Shown in pieces: positions 35,001-47,416 of a stretch of 64,000 nt of DNA. The stretch comes from Takakia lepidozioides. Its lineage: Eukaryota; Plantae; Bryophyta. A program made the translations under genes and the position numbers. The stretch spans positions 83,452,001-83,516,000 of the forward strand of contig CM060731.1 in NCBI GenBank assembly GCA_030704615.1, written 5' to 3'. Positions within the stretch are counted from its first letter, which is position 1, and each line of letters begins with the position of its first letter. The notes under the pieces were generated by a model. It was not told the DNA's origin and ran no database searches. It saw nothing but the letters and a program-made list of their open reading frames with translations.

Positions 35001-38000
35001 GGTTTTTGGGCAAGGGAAACCTTTCAATAGCAGCTATCTTATCTGGATCAGGCCACGTTCCTTCTTCAGAGATCACATGCCCAAGGAATACCAACTGTAA
35101 GTTGGCAAAGTAACACTTGTCCGGATTGAGCCTAAGATTGGCCTTTCTAACCTTGCTCAATACTCTCTTTATATGTCCCACGTGATCTCCCCAGTCCTTG
35201 CTATGGATATTGACGTCATCTACAAACACCTTAGCGCAATCTTTGATTTCTTCCTTGAGCACTCTATTCATTGTTCTCTGAAAGGTAGCAGTGGCATTTT
35301 TTAGCCCGAATGGCATGACCAGCCATTCATACAATCCCTTCTTTGTGATCACCGCTGTTTTGCCTATGTCTCGGTCGTCCATTTTGATCTGCCAAAAACC
35401 AGATTGTAAATCCAGCGCAGAAAACCACTTGGCTTTCCCCAACTGGTTTAAAACATCCTGAATTAATGGCATAGGGTAAGAGTCCCTTCTGGTCAAACGG
35501 TTTACTGGCCTAAAATCACCACAAAACCGCTTGGATCCATCCTTTTTTGGTGGAAGGGTAACTGGACACGACCATTCTGAACTACTCTCTCTCATCTTGC
35601 CTTGTGAGATCAAAGTCTCAATTTGTCCTTGGACCTCGTCTTCCTCCCATTCTGATAGGCGGCTGGGACGACTTCTGCAAGGGGGAAAACCTTGTGTGTC
35701 AATTGTGTGTTCTACCTCACTGCAGTATCCCAAGTCAGCCTTGCTAAGAGCAAAGCATTCCTGGTTTGCTTTCAGCTCTTGCTCAAGCTCTATCCTATGT
35801 TCTGGGGCCAGTTCTGGGTTGATGTGCAGTCTGGATTTCAGACTTCTCCAACGACTCTCCATTTCTTCCTCTTGACTGGGTTCCCAATTCTTTCCCTCCA
35901 CCTGGCTTACAGAGTTAGCCATTCTCTGTCGTTCCTCTTGTGTGACAACCTGATTCCAATCATGGAAGTCATCCTCTATTTCTAGGTTGTTGTTCCCTAG
36001 TTCACCATTCCAAGCTTTCTGATAAGCTTCCTGTATTATGGCAGCAGCCATGCTCTTATGGGTCTCTTCCTGAAGGAGTTCAGACATCCCTTGGTCCTCG
36101 AACAAGTCCTCCCCTAGGTTGACATCGTCTATTATTTCCTCAACATCCCTCAGTGCTGTTTCTACCTCCTTACTCTCCTCAGAGCCTCCCATCTCCTCAT
36201 CTTTATCAGATTTAGAGGTGTCAGAACCTGAGGATGCTTCCTCCGTGTCCTCATATTCTTCCTCTGGTTTTCTTTTCTTCTCCCACAAGCCTAGGTACTG
36301 TTCATCTGACGTCAGGGTTAGGACATTACCTGCTGACGTACTGCTTGCATATCTCATTCTACTCTCGACCCCTCTATGGTAGGCTGTTTTGGTAACTGCA
36401 GGCTCATTATAATTGATGGTGTGCAAAGGGAAGTGAGCAAAATCCTTTCCTGGCCCATAGCGTACGCGAATTGTTTCAGCTTCGGTGTCCACTACAGCGC
36501 CAAACTTTTTGAGAAAGTCCAATCCTAGCAGCATGTGATATGTATCCGTGTTCACCACCATAAAGGACAAACGATTGGTTAGTTCTCCTACTTTGACCTT
36601 GATGTCCTCAAGTCTGCCCATTGCAGTCTCAAGAGCACCTGAGGCTACTCTGTAATTCACATCCTTACTAGTAATGACAGATCCCATCAAACCCAGATCC
36701 CTGACTGTACTAGCTGATATTACAGAAAGCATGGCACCAGTGTCAATCTGGCCTAATACTTGGTAATCTCCCATTGTAATCATTACATGAAGCGCTTTAA
36801 CCTTACCAGTATAAGCATACGAGATCGTGGGCTCAGCGTGTGCTGAGTACAAAGGCCTTGGTACATCCTTCACAACTTCTACACTGTGAGTTGTCTCCCT
36901 TTGTTGTACCATTGCTCTTTCCACCACTTTGACCAGCCCTTTCAATTTGTCTAGCTCTCCGGGCACAGTCATGATCAGGTCCATGGGCGACAACGATATT
37001 CTCCCTTTGTAGAAGTGGTTCAAGATTCTGGATTTCGTACCTCCTTCTATAGCATTCTTGAAATTGTTCTTTGGGTAGATTTCACTCTTGGTCTTGCTTG
37101 GCTGTTCACTGCTCTCACTATTCCTTTCTGGTGACCCTGTAGGTTCAACAATCGGACTCTGGACAGGTATGCGTGTCCTTGGAAGTCTGACTTCATTGAT
37201 ACTATTTCGTGACATCAGATCTGTCATCTCTGCGAGTACATCATCCTCATCATCATAGAACACGTCTACAAAGTTAGTTCCCGGAGTTCCCATCATAGTT
37301 TGGTCGAGTTTTCTACTGCACTCACTCTCCGTATGCCCGAGTAGCTTGCAAAAGTTGCATCTCACACCACACATTTCCGTGGAATGCCCGAACCGGTGAC
37401 ATTTGTCACACTTAGCTGGGGTTCTTCCTTCAGGACAATATGCAGCTATGTGACCTTCTTTGTGACAAACATTACAAAGGCGAACACGAGGTGGTGTTCT
37501 AGATCCCGAGCTTTCTCCTATGACTGGTCCCCTATCAAAGTACTTCTGTAGGGTAGTGTTCAGCTGATCAAGTCTTCTGTCCACAGGGTTGACAAACACA
37601 ACTGACTCATCTGTATCATCTCCTTCCAATGGTTCTAGAGGTATTTCCCCTAACTTTCCCAGGCCCCTTTCAATCTCAATGGCTGTGTCAAGTGCTTCCT
37701 CTACATCAAGGAAGCGCCTGCCCAGCATTACTCTTGCTATTTCTGGTCTCAAACCTGCTGCAAATCTACGTCTCTGTTCCAAATCAGACGCCCCACTTCT
37801 TATAAATAACCGGTTCAACCTATCGAAGTATGTTTGAACCCTTTGTCTACTCTCCTGTTTAATGGTATCCATTCTTAGCCTAATTTCTGCCAAGTCAACG
37901 ATACCAAACTTGGCTGAAATTGCTGCCCTGAAGTCCACCCAGTTGTTTGGTCTAGGGTTTTGTTTACGGTACCATTCATCAGCCTTGGCTCTCAGGTTGA

Positions 38001-38136
38001 GCCTTGCTACCTTGAAAGTCTTGTCCTCATTCAAATCCCTGACATCTGCCTCCATCTGAATTCTCTCCAGCCAGTCATTTACATCCTCACTATTCCTACC
38101 ATGATAAGGCGCATCTATGCTGGTTGGACTGGTCAT
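32019..38136 (-). pseudogene. Ty3 gag-pol (Gag-ZnK-PR-RT-RH-degenerate RH-linker-IN), two frameshifts near 34265 and 33890
   Basis: ORFs 34264-38136, 33857-34267 and 32019-33860. Integrase shows H..H..CGKC, DTAGP, TDNG, ERVIK and WEGPY; no clear chromodomain. Confidence 0.95.
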
Positions 38137-38207
38137 CCTTCTATTCTCTAATCAAAGTTCAAACTGTTTCAACACCTAATTCTGACTCTAATTTTTCCGC
38201 AACTCCC

Positions 38208-38519
38208 TTAATGTTGACCTCTATACCACTCCCACTGTCCATTTCGCAACATCTCTACTCTACCTCCCCATGTCACCTCTCGTGCCATGGTATTTATCTT
38301 CACCCACCTTCCTAACTCTCTTATCCAAAGTGCTATGGTTGTTCTTCCACCAGTATGAATCACTCTAAGACATAAATCACCATTGGCTATTCTCCAAGCA
38401 GGGTTGAAGAAGTACAAACAAGGGTCTGCGTGTGCATTTGGTGTGCGTCTGCTGAAGCAAATCAGCACATCTCCAATGCTTGGTTCATCAGGAATCAGTG
38501 TGTGGTCTCTTCCTGCCAT
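38208..38519 (-). CDS. Small conserved 5' extra ORF (~103 aa)
   Basis: Homolog of 15530-15841. Confidence 0.55.
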   Translation of the reverse strand: MAGRDHTLIPDEPSIGDVLICFSRRTPNAHADPCLYFFNPAWRIANGDLCLRVIHTGGRTTIALWIRELGRWVKINTMAREVTWGGRVEMLRNGQWEWYRGQH

Positions 38520-38580
38520 CAAACCATCCAATACCAGTCAAGATCCCTAGCTAGTAGAAATCAAGATTTAACATCCTAAA

Positions 38581-38592
38581 GCTCTGATACCA
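38581..38592 (-). promoter_or_regulatory. Primer-binding site, tRNA-iMet
   Basis: TGGTATCAGAGC on the minus strand. Confidence 0.9.
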
Positions 38593-40908
38593 AAAGAAGG
38601 GGCGTGAATCCCCTTCTGTGCAAGTCTAGTTGTGCTCTTCCCTAGGTCAATCGGAGGGAAGGAAAGGAGCTCTCCCTCTCAGCTGATCCAACCATCGTCA
38701 CTCGGTGTGGGTTTCCATCAGGTCCTTCGTGATCAGAGTTCGCACAATCCTCATCCACGCCGCAGCGGAAGAGAAGACATGGATGGGGAGTCTGTATTGT
38801 TTTCACCCGTGGTTCTACTTCTACACGACATCCTTTCCCTGATACACTGCACCAGCCATGTTACCATGCGGTCTTCAGTGATGCAACCAGCCCTACGTCA
38901 GTGATGACCACTGCCCTTGTGGGCAGCTCTCTTGGTCAACAATACGTGGAATCCCCTTTGTAACAAGATCACGATTTGGAAGGCGGCAACGCAGATCTGC
39001 CATGAGTTTGCAGGCCCACCAGTTTGGCCCTTCATGGGTTCATGCTTTCTTTATCTTACCTCCCCAATCATCCATTCCTCATCATAACCTCTTGCTGGTC
39101 AACTCTCTCCCTTGTGTCCTTTTCTCTCTCCCTCTCTCTTTCTTTCAGGATAAGTGGGTTCCTCACTCTTTCCACTGTAACATGCCTATGATGCAATGCA
39201 ATGCGCATTCAGCCAAGCATCCAGTGCACCCAGCATTGAAATCAACCTTGGTCACACAAGATATAATCAGCCCTTTTATCAGTCCCTCTCTTGCCAATGA
39301 CAGATGCTTCACACTCCACTTTTCCCAGGTATAACCATTGCCCAAGACAGCTCTCAACCCTTCAACAGGTCTCAATTTACACACCCTGACAGCTCTCTTT
39401 TTCCCATCAGCTGTGAACCTCAGTGGTTCATGGGCTGAGAGCACTCTGAGAATCAGATCCAAACCCAAACAGATGCTGGTTTTTCTGCCCCATCCACATC
39501 ATCCCTTCTTGTTGTTTCCAAACAGTTCTATCTAACCCTCTCTGGTTTCCTCTACCTACTAAGCTAGTTCCACATTGGCTGCAATGTGTCAACATCCCAG
39601 GCTAGATTGTTTGTACAAGCTCATGACGTTGAAACAAGGAACAAGAATACAACAACAGTAACCATTCTGTCCCAGCAACGAGTCTACCCTGTTTCCATTC
39701 ATTTTCCTACTGTACAATGTAATAGCAGGTGCATCCATCTCCAGCCCATCCTGGTTTGAAGTCCAGTGTCTTCATTCCATTTACAAAGCTCTTTTTCTTC
39801 CTCACATGTCAGTGTCTCTTACTACATACAAGAGACAGTTCAAACTTCACAAAGCGATTTCTAAGCAACCAAAAACCAAAAGGGGGGGGAACACTCCTCG
39901 AACTTATCTGTCTTATACTCCTTGAAGTGGTGGGTCTGCCTGTCAAGAAGGCACCTTATCCTCTCCCTCGTCAGCCATCTCCGACGTTTCTTCTTATCGT
40001 GATTCCAGTCCTCATTAAGGCATGACGGCTCTGCTTCAGCTGCTGGCACATCCTTGTGCCTGCCAACCTCTACCCTATCCTTCTACATGTGCATTTCCTC
40101 CCTATGAGGTGATCTGGTCCTACAGCCCTTAAGACAGAGAGCAGATACATAACTTATTTATAGATAGCTTAAGCGCCATACACACCAGAAGGCGGCACCG
40201 CTTCCTCTTGCACAGAAAGCCAAGCCAGATCCCTCAACGTCACTCTTTAAGGCAAGCTGATTCCCTTACAAAGTGATCTGGTCCTACAGCTCAAAAACAG
40301 ACAGCAGCTACAAGATTTGATCACTGACAACCTGAGGCGATAATACACACCAGCCTGCATTTCTCATCCCCCAACACCTGCTGAGCCACTCCATCTCCTC
40401 ATTAATGTGCTCACAAATACCATGGCGACAGCAGTGGTGCACCGCCCTTATCACAAACCCGATCCCTCAGGTTTGATCATTGCTTACGAAGAAGGCGGCA
40501 CCGCTTCTTCTTGCACAGAAAGCCAAGCAGGAGTTCTTAACATTTCTCTTAAAAGCAAGCTGATACCCTTTGCGTAGGTGGAACCTTCTCAGATATCCTG
40601 TGCTGCCAACACCACTGCAGCAGCTGCGAAAAGATCCACGCACTCTTCCCCTTCGAATTTCACATCCCGCTTCTAGGGTTCAACATCATGGATGAAAATC
40701 ATTCATCCTAGGGATGAAAAAGGTGCATGTCATAACTTAGCCATATTTTGTTCTTGGCAGATAAATAGCATAGTCCTTCCATGGAATTACCTCAAGTTAT
40801 GGTCAATTCCTCCCCTTCATTAGCACGAAGGGTACTCCCTTTGTAGTAGTGCCGAAACCTGATGCCAAACACAAACTTGAGATTTTTACTCCCTGCATTC
40901 ACACTACA
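38593..40908 (-). repeat. 5' LTR of Ty3 element 2 (lacks the terminal TCACACTACA)
   Basis: Starts TGTAGTGTGAA and ends CCCCTTCTTT directly at the PBS. Confidence 0.95.
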
Positions 40909-40912
40909 GTTG

Positions 40913-41066
40913 CGCAGAGTACGGAGCCATGTAGTCGCATATACACCTTCCCCAGACCTGCATTATGACTTCAAAAGCATTTTACGACTGCAAATGGCAT
41001 TTCTGCCACAAATCTGTCATGACTGCGCATCCATGGGAGTCATAAAAGCCGCAATCTGTTGTAGTG
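40913..41066. mobile_element. CACTA element terminus (its subterminal region probably continues at ~29470-29668 across the Ty3 insertion)
   Basis: Ends ..ATCTGTTGTAGTG (reverse complement CACTACAAC). ATGACT/AGTCAT subterminal motifs occur on both sides of the Ty3 element. Confidence 0.55.
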
Positions 41067-41132
41067 AACACTGAACTGCTTTCCTGCCTTCTTCTCACTG
41101 CCAGCAATGTCTACGCCCGGGCGAATGAAATT

Positions 41133-41400
41133 CTAAGCCCTCTTCATGTTCTTCTCTGGCCAAAGACAATTCAGACCGACGACATCCTCCAACATTGTTT
41201 GCGGTGGGACCTCTTCCTCGTTAGAGTGAGGCAAGACACAATTGGCAATATAGATATCATTCACCTCAACCCGCCACAATCCTTCAGGTATAACACGGCA
41301 GTGATATGTGTCTTTGTCATGCACACCAGTGACAATTCCACTAGTTGCCCTGTGTCGTGGTAAATGAGGATCATACAGGCTGATTTTGTCCTTCAACTTA
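41133..41400 (-). pseudogene. CACTA TnpA/Tnp1-like C-terminal domain exon
   Basis: YHCRVIPEGLWRVEV..LPHSN..TMLEDVVG..LWP fits the En/Spm Tnp1-type pattern. Confidence 0.55.
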
Positions 41401-41659
41401 AACTGCACACAGCACCCACCATAAAACCCACATCAATCAACCCATGAAGGGGGGCTGCTATTTCATGAGCGGCATGAGCATGAGCGGAAAAAAAAAAAGC
41501 ATGAGCGGGCCAAATTGTGTCCACGGAAATAGGGTTAGGAGGCACGGAAATAGGGTCATGTGGACTCGTCATAGCAATGAAATGCAACATTTTATTGCAA
41601 ATTTGGTGGCAAGCCACGTCTATACAAGTGTGTCCTAACTGTCATAGCAGGAATGGGAA

Positions 41660-44600
41660 CTACTCTCCTACACCTTCCGAGGAACTTGGCCCTCCTTCTT
41701 CCTCATCCCCCTCATCCCCCCCATCCTCCGAGCTCTGTGATGCATTGGTTGCACTATGCCTCTCAAAAATGTCGTCCTCTCCTTGGGGGACTGTCCACCT
41801 CACCTCATGGGAATCTTCTGCCTCTTCTCCCCCACTTTCCTCAGCAGAGTCCAACACAAATCTACGAGCCCGACGGGTTCTAATAGCTGTTGCCTCCTCC
41901 CTCATCTTCATTTTCTTGAGGCTTGCCTCGTCTAAAATCTGCTGTACACGACTAGGTTCGGAACACCTCCTAATGGACACCGAAGCAAGCCGGGCAGCAT
42001 AAGAAGGAAGGATGTAGTCCCTTTCTGGACTAGGCATGAAATCCCCCCTGGCAAAAAAAGGAGGCACGTTCCTCCTGCCCATTAACTCCGGTGTAGACGT
42101 CCCTCCTTCCGTACTTGGCATCCTACAGTAAGAACAAATCCACTTCAAGAATGTCAATACTAGCAGAAGCAGAAAGGGTTTTCAATGAAATAAGAGAGCG
42201 AAGGGAGGTGCCTCACAAAATTTGGAGGCAACTTACAATGCGACCACTCACTCGTACACCGGGGGCTCCTCGGCCTCGATCCCAACTTGTTCCTCCCCCT
42301 GCTCCTTCTCGGATTTTTCCTCATCCTCCGAGGATGCCTCTTCCTCTTTCGGCAGACGTTCAGCCGCTGCAAGTTCCGAGTTGTGGAGGGCAGTATCTGG
42401 CTCGAAGGCAAACACATGCCTGTCAGACAACGTCCCTGCCCACATTGAAGCACCTGAGGAACAAAGCGGGCTGTTAATAGCTTGCGGCATGCAATTGCAA
42501 TCGGGCCAGGGGACAAACTGTGCACGTGAAGGCTTACCCGTGCCGCATGTGAGGTCAAGAATCCGCCCTTGGACATCCGAGCACGTCTCCATGAGGGTTT
42601 GGATGAAAGCAGGGCTCCAGGTCCGGCTGTACCGCCACGGTTTGCCTGTCTTTGTGTCCTTCGGCATACTAGAGTGGGGCACATAGTTGTAGAGGACATC
42701 GTAGGTAATAGGGTCCACAGCGGCATCAACAAGACGACCGTCGTTGCGGAATTTGAACGTAGACCCTCACTTCACAAAGCAATATGCCTCAAACACCAAT
42801 GTCTGCACATCCAACAAAATAGGGATCAACTCCGGGATCTTGTTTAGATACACCACAATATGAGGTGAATGCAATAGATTGATAACTTACACTTTGGCCC
42901 TCTATTCGCAACCCCTGTGTATTGATGCAGAACCATTTTCTGAGGAGGACCGGGGTGACACTTTTCGGTGTCCACCTTGCCACCGCATTCTCTGTGGTCT
43001 TCCCTCTTGTGGCAAGGACAGCCACACATCCACCGTCATCCAGAAGCATCCCCGCCAGCCCAAACCCGGCTTTCCAGTAGTCCTCAGTAAACCTGTTCCA
43101 GGTGGGCACACCATCCAGGCCCTCCAGCAGCTCCCCATCTGGAATGTCGAGGAGAATCATGTCGCAAGCTCTCTCCACCTCCCCCCCCCCCCCCCCCCCC
43201 CCCCCCCCCGAGTGCTCTTGCAATCCGTGCTCACAGCCGTGAAGAATTCCATCATGGCTTCAAAACCAGGGGTGTCTTTAGGCTCTGTATCGGCAGCCCT
43301 CTTCTTGGCTTTCCCCTTCTGCTCCGCCAGAGACTTGTTGTGTGCCACCTTCTTCGCCCTAGCAGCAAGAGCGTCAAGGAAGCTCTCATTGACGCATTGG
43401 ATGATGGTTGGAGGTTCTAGCTTTGGCCTGTGCGTAAACGTTACCGCCGAATACCGCCGTGTAGGCTTGCCCTCAAATGCCAACTTCTTGGCAAAGCCAG
43501 TCCCACTCCGAACTGACTTGGGAACCCGGACGACCGGTGACTGGGTAGCAGCAATAGCAGTCGCAGGACCTTGAACAAAGTCGTCGTCCGAGTCACTCTA
43601 TTGGGTCCCCTCCTGCGCCTGCTCCGATGCCCCGATGGTTTCTGTTTTTTGGGTGTTACTGTACTCACCTGTTTCCTTGTCCTTTTCCTTTGGCCTTTAC
43701 TCTTCTCATTCAATTTCTCCTGAATTCCTGCCTGAGCAAGCTCTGCCGCTTTCCTGGAGTTCGCAAGCGCTTTTGCCTCTTTTGCACCCAGCGGAGGCAG
43801 CGGAGCCCGGTTTCGTCGGGCCTCGGCATCCAGCTTCAATTGAAACTCGGATGGGTCGAGCATGCCGGGCGGAAGGTCCACATACCAAGGGCAATCACGC
43901 AAATGTTCCAGATGCCACTCCTTCACAATATCGTCAGTGTACATGGAGTCAGCCCCAGGGTTCCTCCATGCCAGGAAGAATGGTGGCTCAAAAGACAGAT
44001 GATCTTTCTCCAAAAGGGAGAACTTGCAGTACCTGCATTCATGAAAAACACAATGAGGTCCCTGAACTGCAAATTCGGCACCATTTTCCCAGGTTGGTGC
44101 GGATCTGAGTGGGCCTAGAAATGGAAAAATGGCGCCGAATTTTGGTTTTCGGTGACTGCCACCCTAGGGACTTAGCCATCTTGGGAGCCCTGAACTGGAA
44201 ATTCGGCACCATTTTTCCCGGTTTGGCCCGAAGATGGCCAAGTCCCAGAACGGCAATAGGGCCTAGAAATGGAGGGACTTAGCCATTTTCGGAGCCCTGA
44301 TTGGAAATTCGGCGCCATTTTCCCAGGTCCGGCCCGAAAATGGCTAAGTCCCACAAGGGCAATAGGGCCCAGAACTGGAAAAATGGCGCCGAATTTCCAG
44401 TTCAGGGCCAGCCACCCTAGGGACAGCCATTTTCGGAGCCCTGATTGGAAATTCGGCGCCATTTTCCCAGGTCTGGCCCGAAAATGGCTAAGTCCCACAA
44501 GGGCAATAGGGCCCAGAACTGGAAAAATGGCGCCGAATTTCCAATTCAGGGCCAGCCACCCTAGGGACTTAGCCATTTTCGGAGCCCTGACAGGAAATTC

Positions 44601-47416
44601 GGCGCCATTTTCCCAGGTCCGGCCCGAAAATGGCTGTCCCATATGGCCTTGACCTGGAAAAATGGCGCAAAATTTCCAGTTCAGGACAAGCCACCCTAGG
44701 GACTTAGCCATTTTCGGAGCCCTGATCTGGAAATTCGGCAAAAAATGCAAGGACTGTAAGGAAGGCATCGCGTATGTACTTGTACAGAAGGCGCATTGCT
44801 GCTTTGTCCGCGTTCGGCTAGTCGGTGAACTCGTGGCTCCGGCGGGCATGTGGTATCTCCCGAAAGAATAGGTCAGTTTTGTAGAGCATAAAGTACCTCG
44901 TCACATAGTCGCGTAGGCTCTCTACTGCAGGAGAAATCTCCATCTTGAACTAATGTGCTTGTATGTCCAGCTGCTCTTGCGCATTCGTCGTCACCTGTGG
45001 AGATTCTCCATCAGATCCCATTGCTGAAAAAATACAATGAATCCACCCCCTACAAGAGTAGAAGCGCCAAACGAAAGCGTGGGGAAGTACCTGAAACCAC
45101 CATGTCATGCGGTTCATCCACATGTCGAATGTGGGGACAGACAGTTTGTCCGGTTTGGGGAAGCTCCACATGTCCCTTGTACTTTGGGAACCATTCCAGA
45201 TTTGGAGCCACCGGGTCTGTCCAACCACCCAGCATATTCGTAAGCGCCAAACACCACAAAAACGAGTTGTTGCCACCACAATTTGGTTAAGAATGTATCA
45301 CCTTTTCTGCACCATCCACACAGGATGTGGCTAGACGATGGAGCTTCTCCAATGTCATCGTGGGCTTCAGAGCGCGGGAGTAGTGCTTCCCCACCTCCAC
45401 CAGAAAGTCGGCACCAAAGGCGGGATCAGCTATGGCCACGTACTTTACCATCCGCGACTTGTACTTTATGCGGGCCCTCACCTCCGCAGCTTTGAGATAC
45501 GATTCGAGTGCCGGGAGGGTTAGATTCTTCTCCTCTGACTCCATGTAGAACCTCCGCGCATGTGCCATATCCTGCTGAATTTTCGTCTGTCAAGAATGCG
45601 CACATAAGATTAGAGATCCTGCTCAACACTTTTTCTTCTATTGGGGGAGGAGAGACAGATTAGCTCAACAAAATAGTCAGGAGCTTTACCCGAAGTATGT
45701 AGTCCACCATGGCATCCATGCTCAGCCTATACCAGGTTTTGTCTGCCTTTACCTCCGACTTGCGCAGGAGGTCGGCACTGAGCGAATTGGCAAACTCTTG
45801 TACCCCCTGCTTCCCGACATCCTTCACTCGGAAGAGCATATGGGACAAGTTGGTGGCAATGAAGGCATTCTCAGTCACCCTGCAATGCCACATTTCCATC
45901 AAACAATTCTGAAATGGGAATTTACAACAAATATGAGGATTCGCAATGAAATGACTTACAATCGGATGGGTCCAAAAGCAAGAGGCGTTGTAACTTACGA
46001 GTTGATGTCCGCCATTGCAACTTTGAGAAGACTGCGATCTTTGGGCCCCGTAACCTTTAGCACAACACACTCCACGGCGAAATGCCAATCGAGGTCGTTG
46101 GGGTGGGCTTCGGCTATGTGCTCCATCCATGCCAGGAGGCGATGATTGCCGTCCCACACGTAAAACATCTTCCCGGACAAGTGCTGGAAAAGAGGATCAG
46201 TAACAATCGATCTCTCGAACTCCTCATTTCGCGTTTGCCAATGGGGACCCCATTTGTCCACCTCATCGGAAGTGTGGGCACGGGAAGCTCCGTGGTCGTT
46301 CTCAATGGAAACATAAAACGCGGCAGACCCCATTCGATATCCATCCCGGAAAGAGAATTTCAGCTTGTCGATATCGCCTGGGAGGGCAGGTCTCACCACC
46401 TGCAAAGACACCAAGCGGCAAAGGGGAATTCGATGCTTGGCCGGGTACACCATGCCCCCCAGCACCCTGCCAATGTTGCTGTGGGTTGCCTCCAACATCT
46501 TGGCAGCGGCCAACTTCATATCCGCCTCGGACATGACGTCTGTTGCAGAGGGGTTCTCCGGCAGCCCACCAGGACCGCCAAATCCAGCCTGTATGCTGCG
46601 GGTTTGGGGCCTGGGGATTTCTGGGAGGATGTCATCCTGGTCAGAAAGCTCGGTGTCGTCCTCCTCAACATGGTCAACCACCGGCGAAACCACCTCGAGC
46701 ACTCTCCCTGTCTCTACTGCCATCTCCCCGGCTTCACCTCGAACTTGCACAATCCGTGCTCTTTGTGGTGTTCTTTCCTCTCCTCCACTCTCCACCGTAT
46801 GGGTAATTGCGGGGGCTGCTCTTGTCCGCGATGGTGTAACCGGTGTGTTACTGCCTCTTTGTGGTGTCTTGGAGGGATCCACCGTCTCTGTGCGTCCCTT
46901 GCTTACATTGGCATCTGTCATTTGGGCACCCTTGGCCTCTTCAGTGGCCTTTTCTCTTTCCTCCTGGCTAGCCTTCTGTCTCGCCTGTTCTTTTGCCCTC
47001 TCTTTTGCCCTCTCACGGGCTTTCTGTTTCTTACTAGGGCTAACAGCAGGGGAACCCTCCAAGACGACCACCTTTGATTGAGGAGAAGGAACACCCTCGC
47101 GCGCACTGCTCACTCCCCCCTCCGCAGCCCGTGACGGCTCTCTAGCCGGGGATTGCATGTGCTTAGCTTTCTTCTTCTTCTTTGCGTGGGCGGGCCCTAC
47201 TGCATGTGCATCAACAACCTCCATTGCCGGATCTGCTGTCCTCACGTCCTCACGCCCTTCACCTGCCATGCCGCCTGCACCAACCTCCCCAATGCCTATT
47301 ATGTCGTACCCTCGCTGCAGGTCCTCCCGTCCACCAACAAAAGGTTGAAGTTTGTCCTCTCGCCCCAAGTTGGGCGATTCAAACATGCGATGAGTTGGAG
47401 CGGTCGATGATACCAC
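41660..47416 (-). pseudogene. Multi-exon MULE accessory gene: ParB/Sulfiredoxin-like domain fused to a beta-class N6-adenine/N4-cytosine DNA methyltransferase-like domain
   Basis: FYVWDGNHRLLAW (46139-46153); DMILLDIPDG (43137-43148) precedes SPAFIQTLMETCS..GRILDLTCGT|GASMWAGTLSDRHVFAFEPD, which is restored by GT-AG intron 42454-42537. Another GT-AG intron at 45880-45998. A few stops and a frameshift are present. Confidence 0.75.
44065..44745. repeat. GGCGCC-palindrome repeat array (~140-bp period) inside a probable intron of the accessory gene
   Basis: GGAAATTCGGCGCCATTTT / AAAATGGCGCCGAATTTCC and GGACTTAGCC / GGCTAAGTCC units. Confidence 0.85.

Larger units (their letters stand above)
29673..40908 (-). 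mobile_element. Complete, recent Ty3/Gypsy LTR retrotransposon (element 2)
   Basis: Termini TGTAGTGTGAA..TTCACACTACA. 4-bp TSD GTTG at 29669-29672 and 40909-40912. LTRs nearly identical; PBS, PPT and full gag-pol present. Confidence 0.97.

Noticed and set aside
46082-47081. Long plus-strand ORFs (331 and 238 aa)
   Set aside because: Antisense shadows of the GC-rich ParB-domain exon, with no recognisable motifs.
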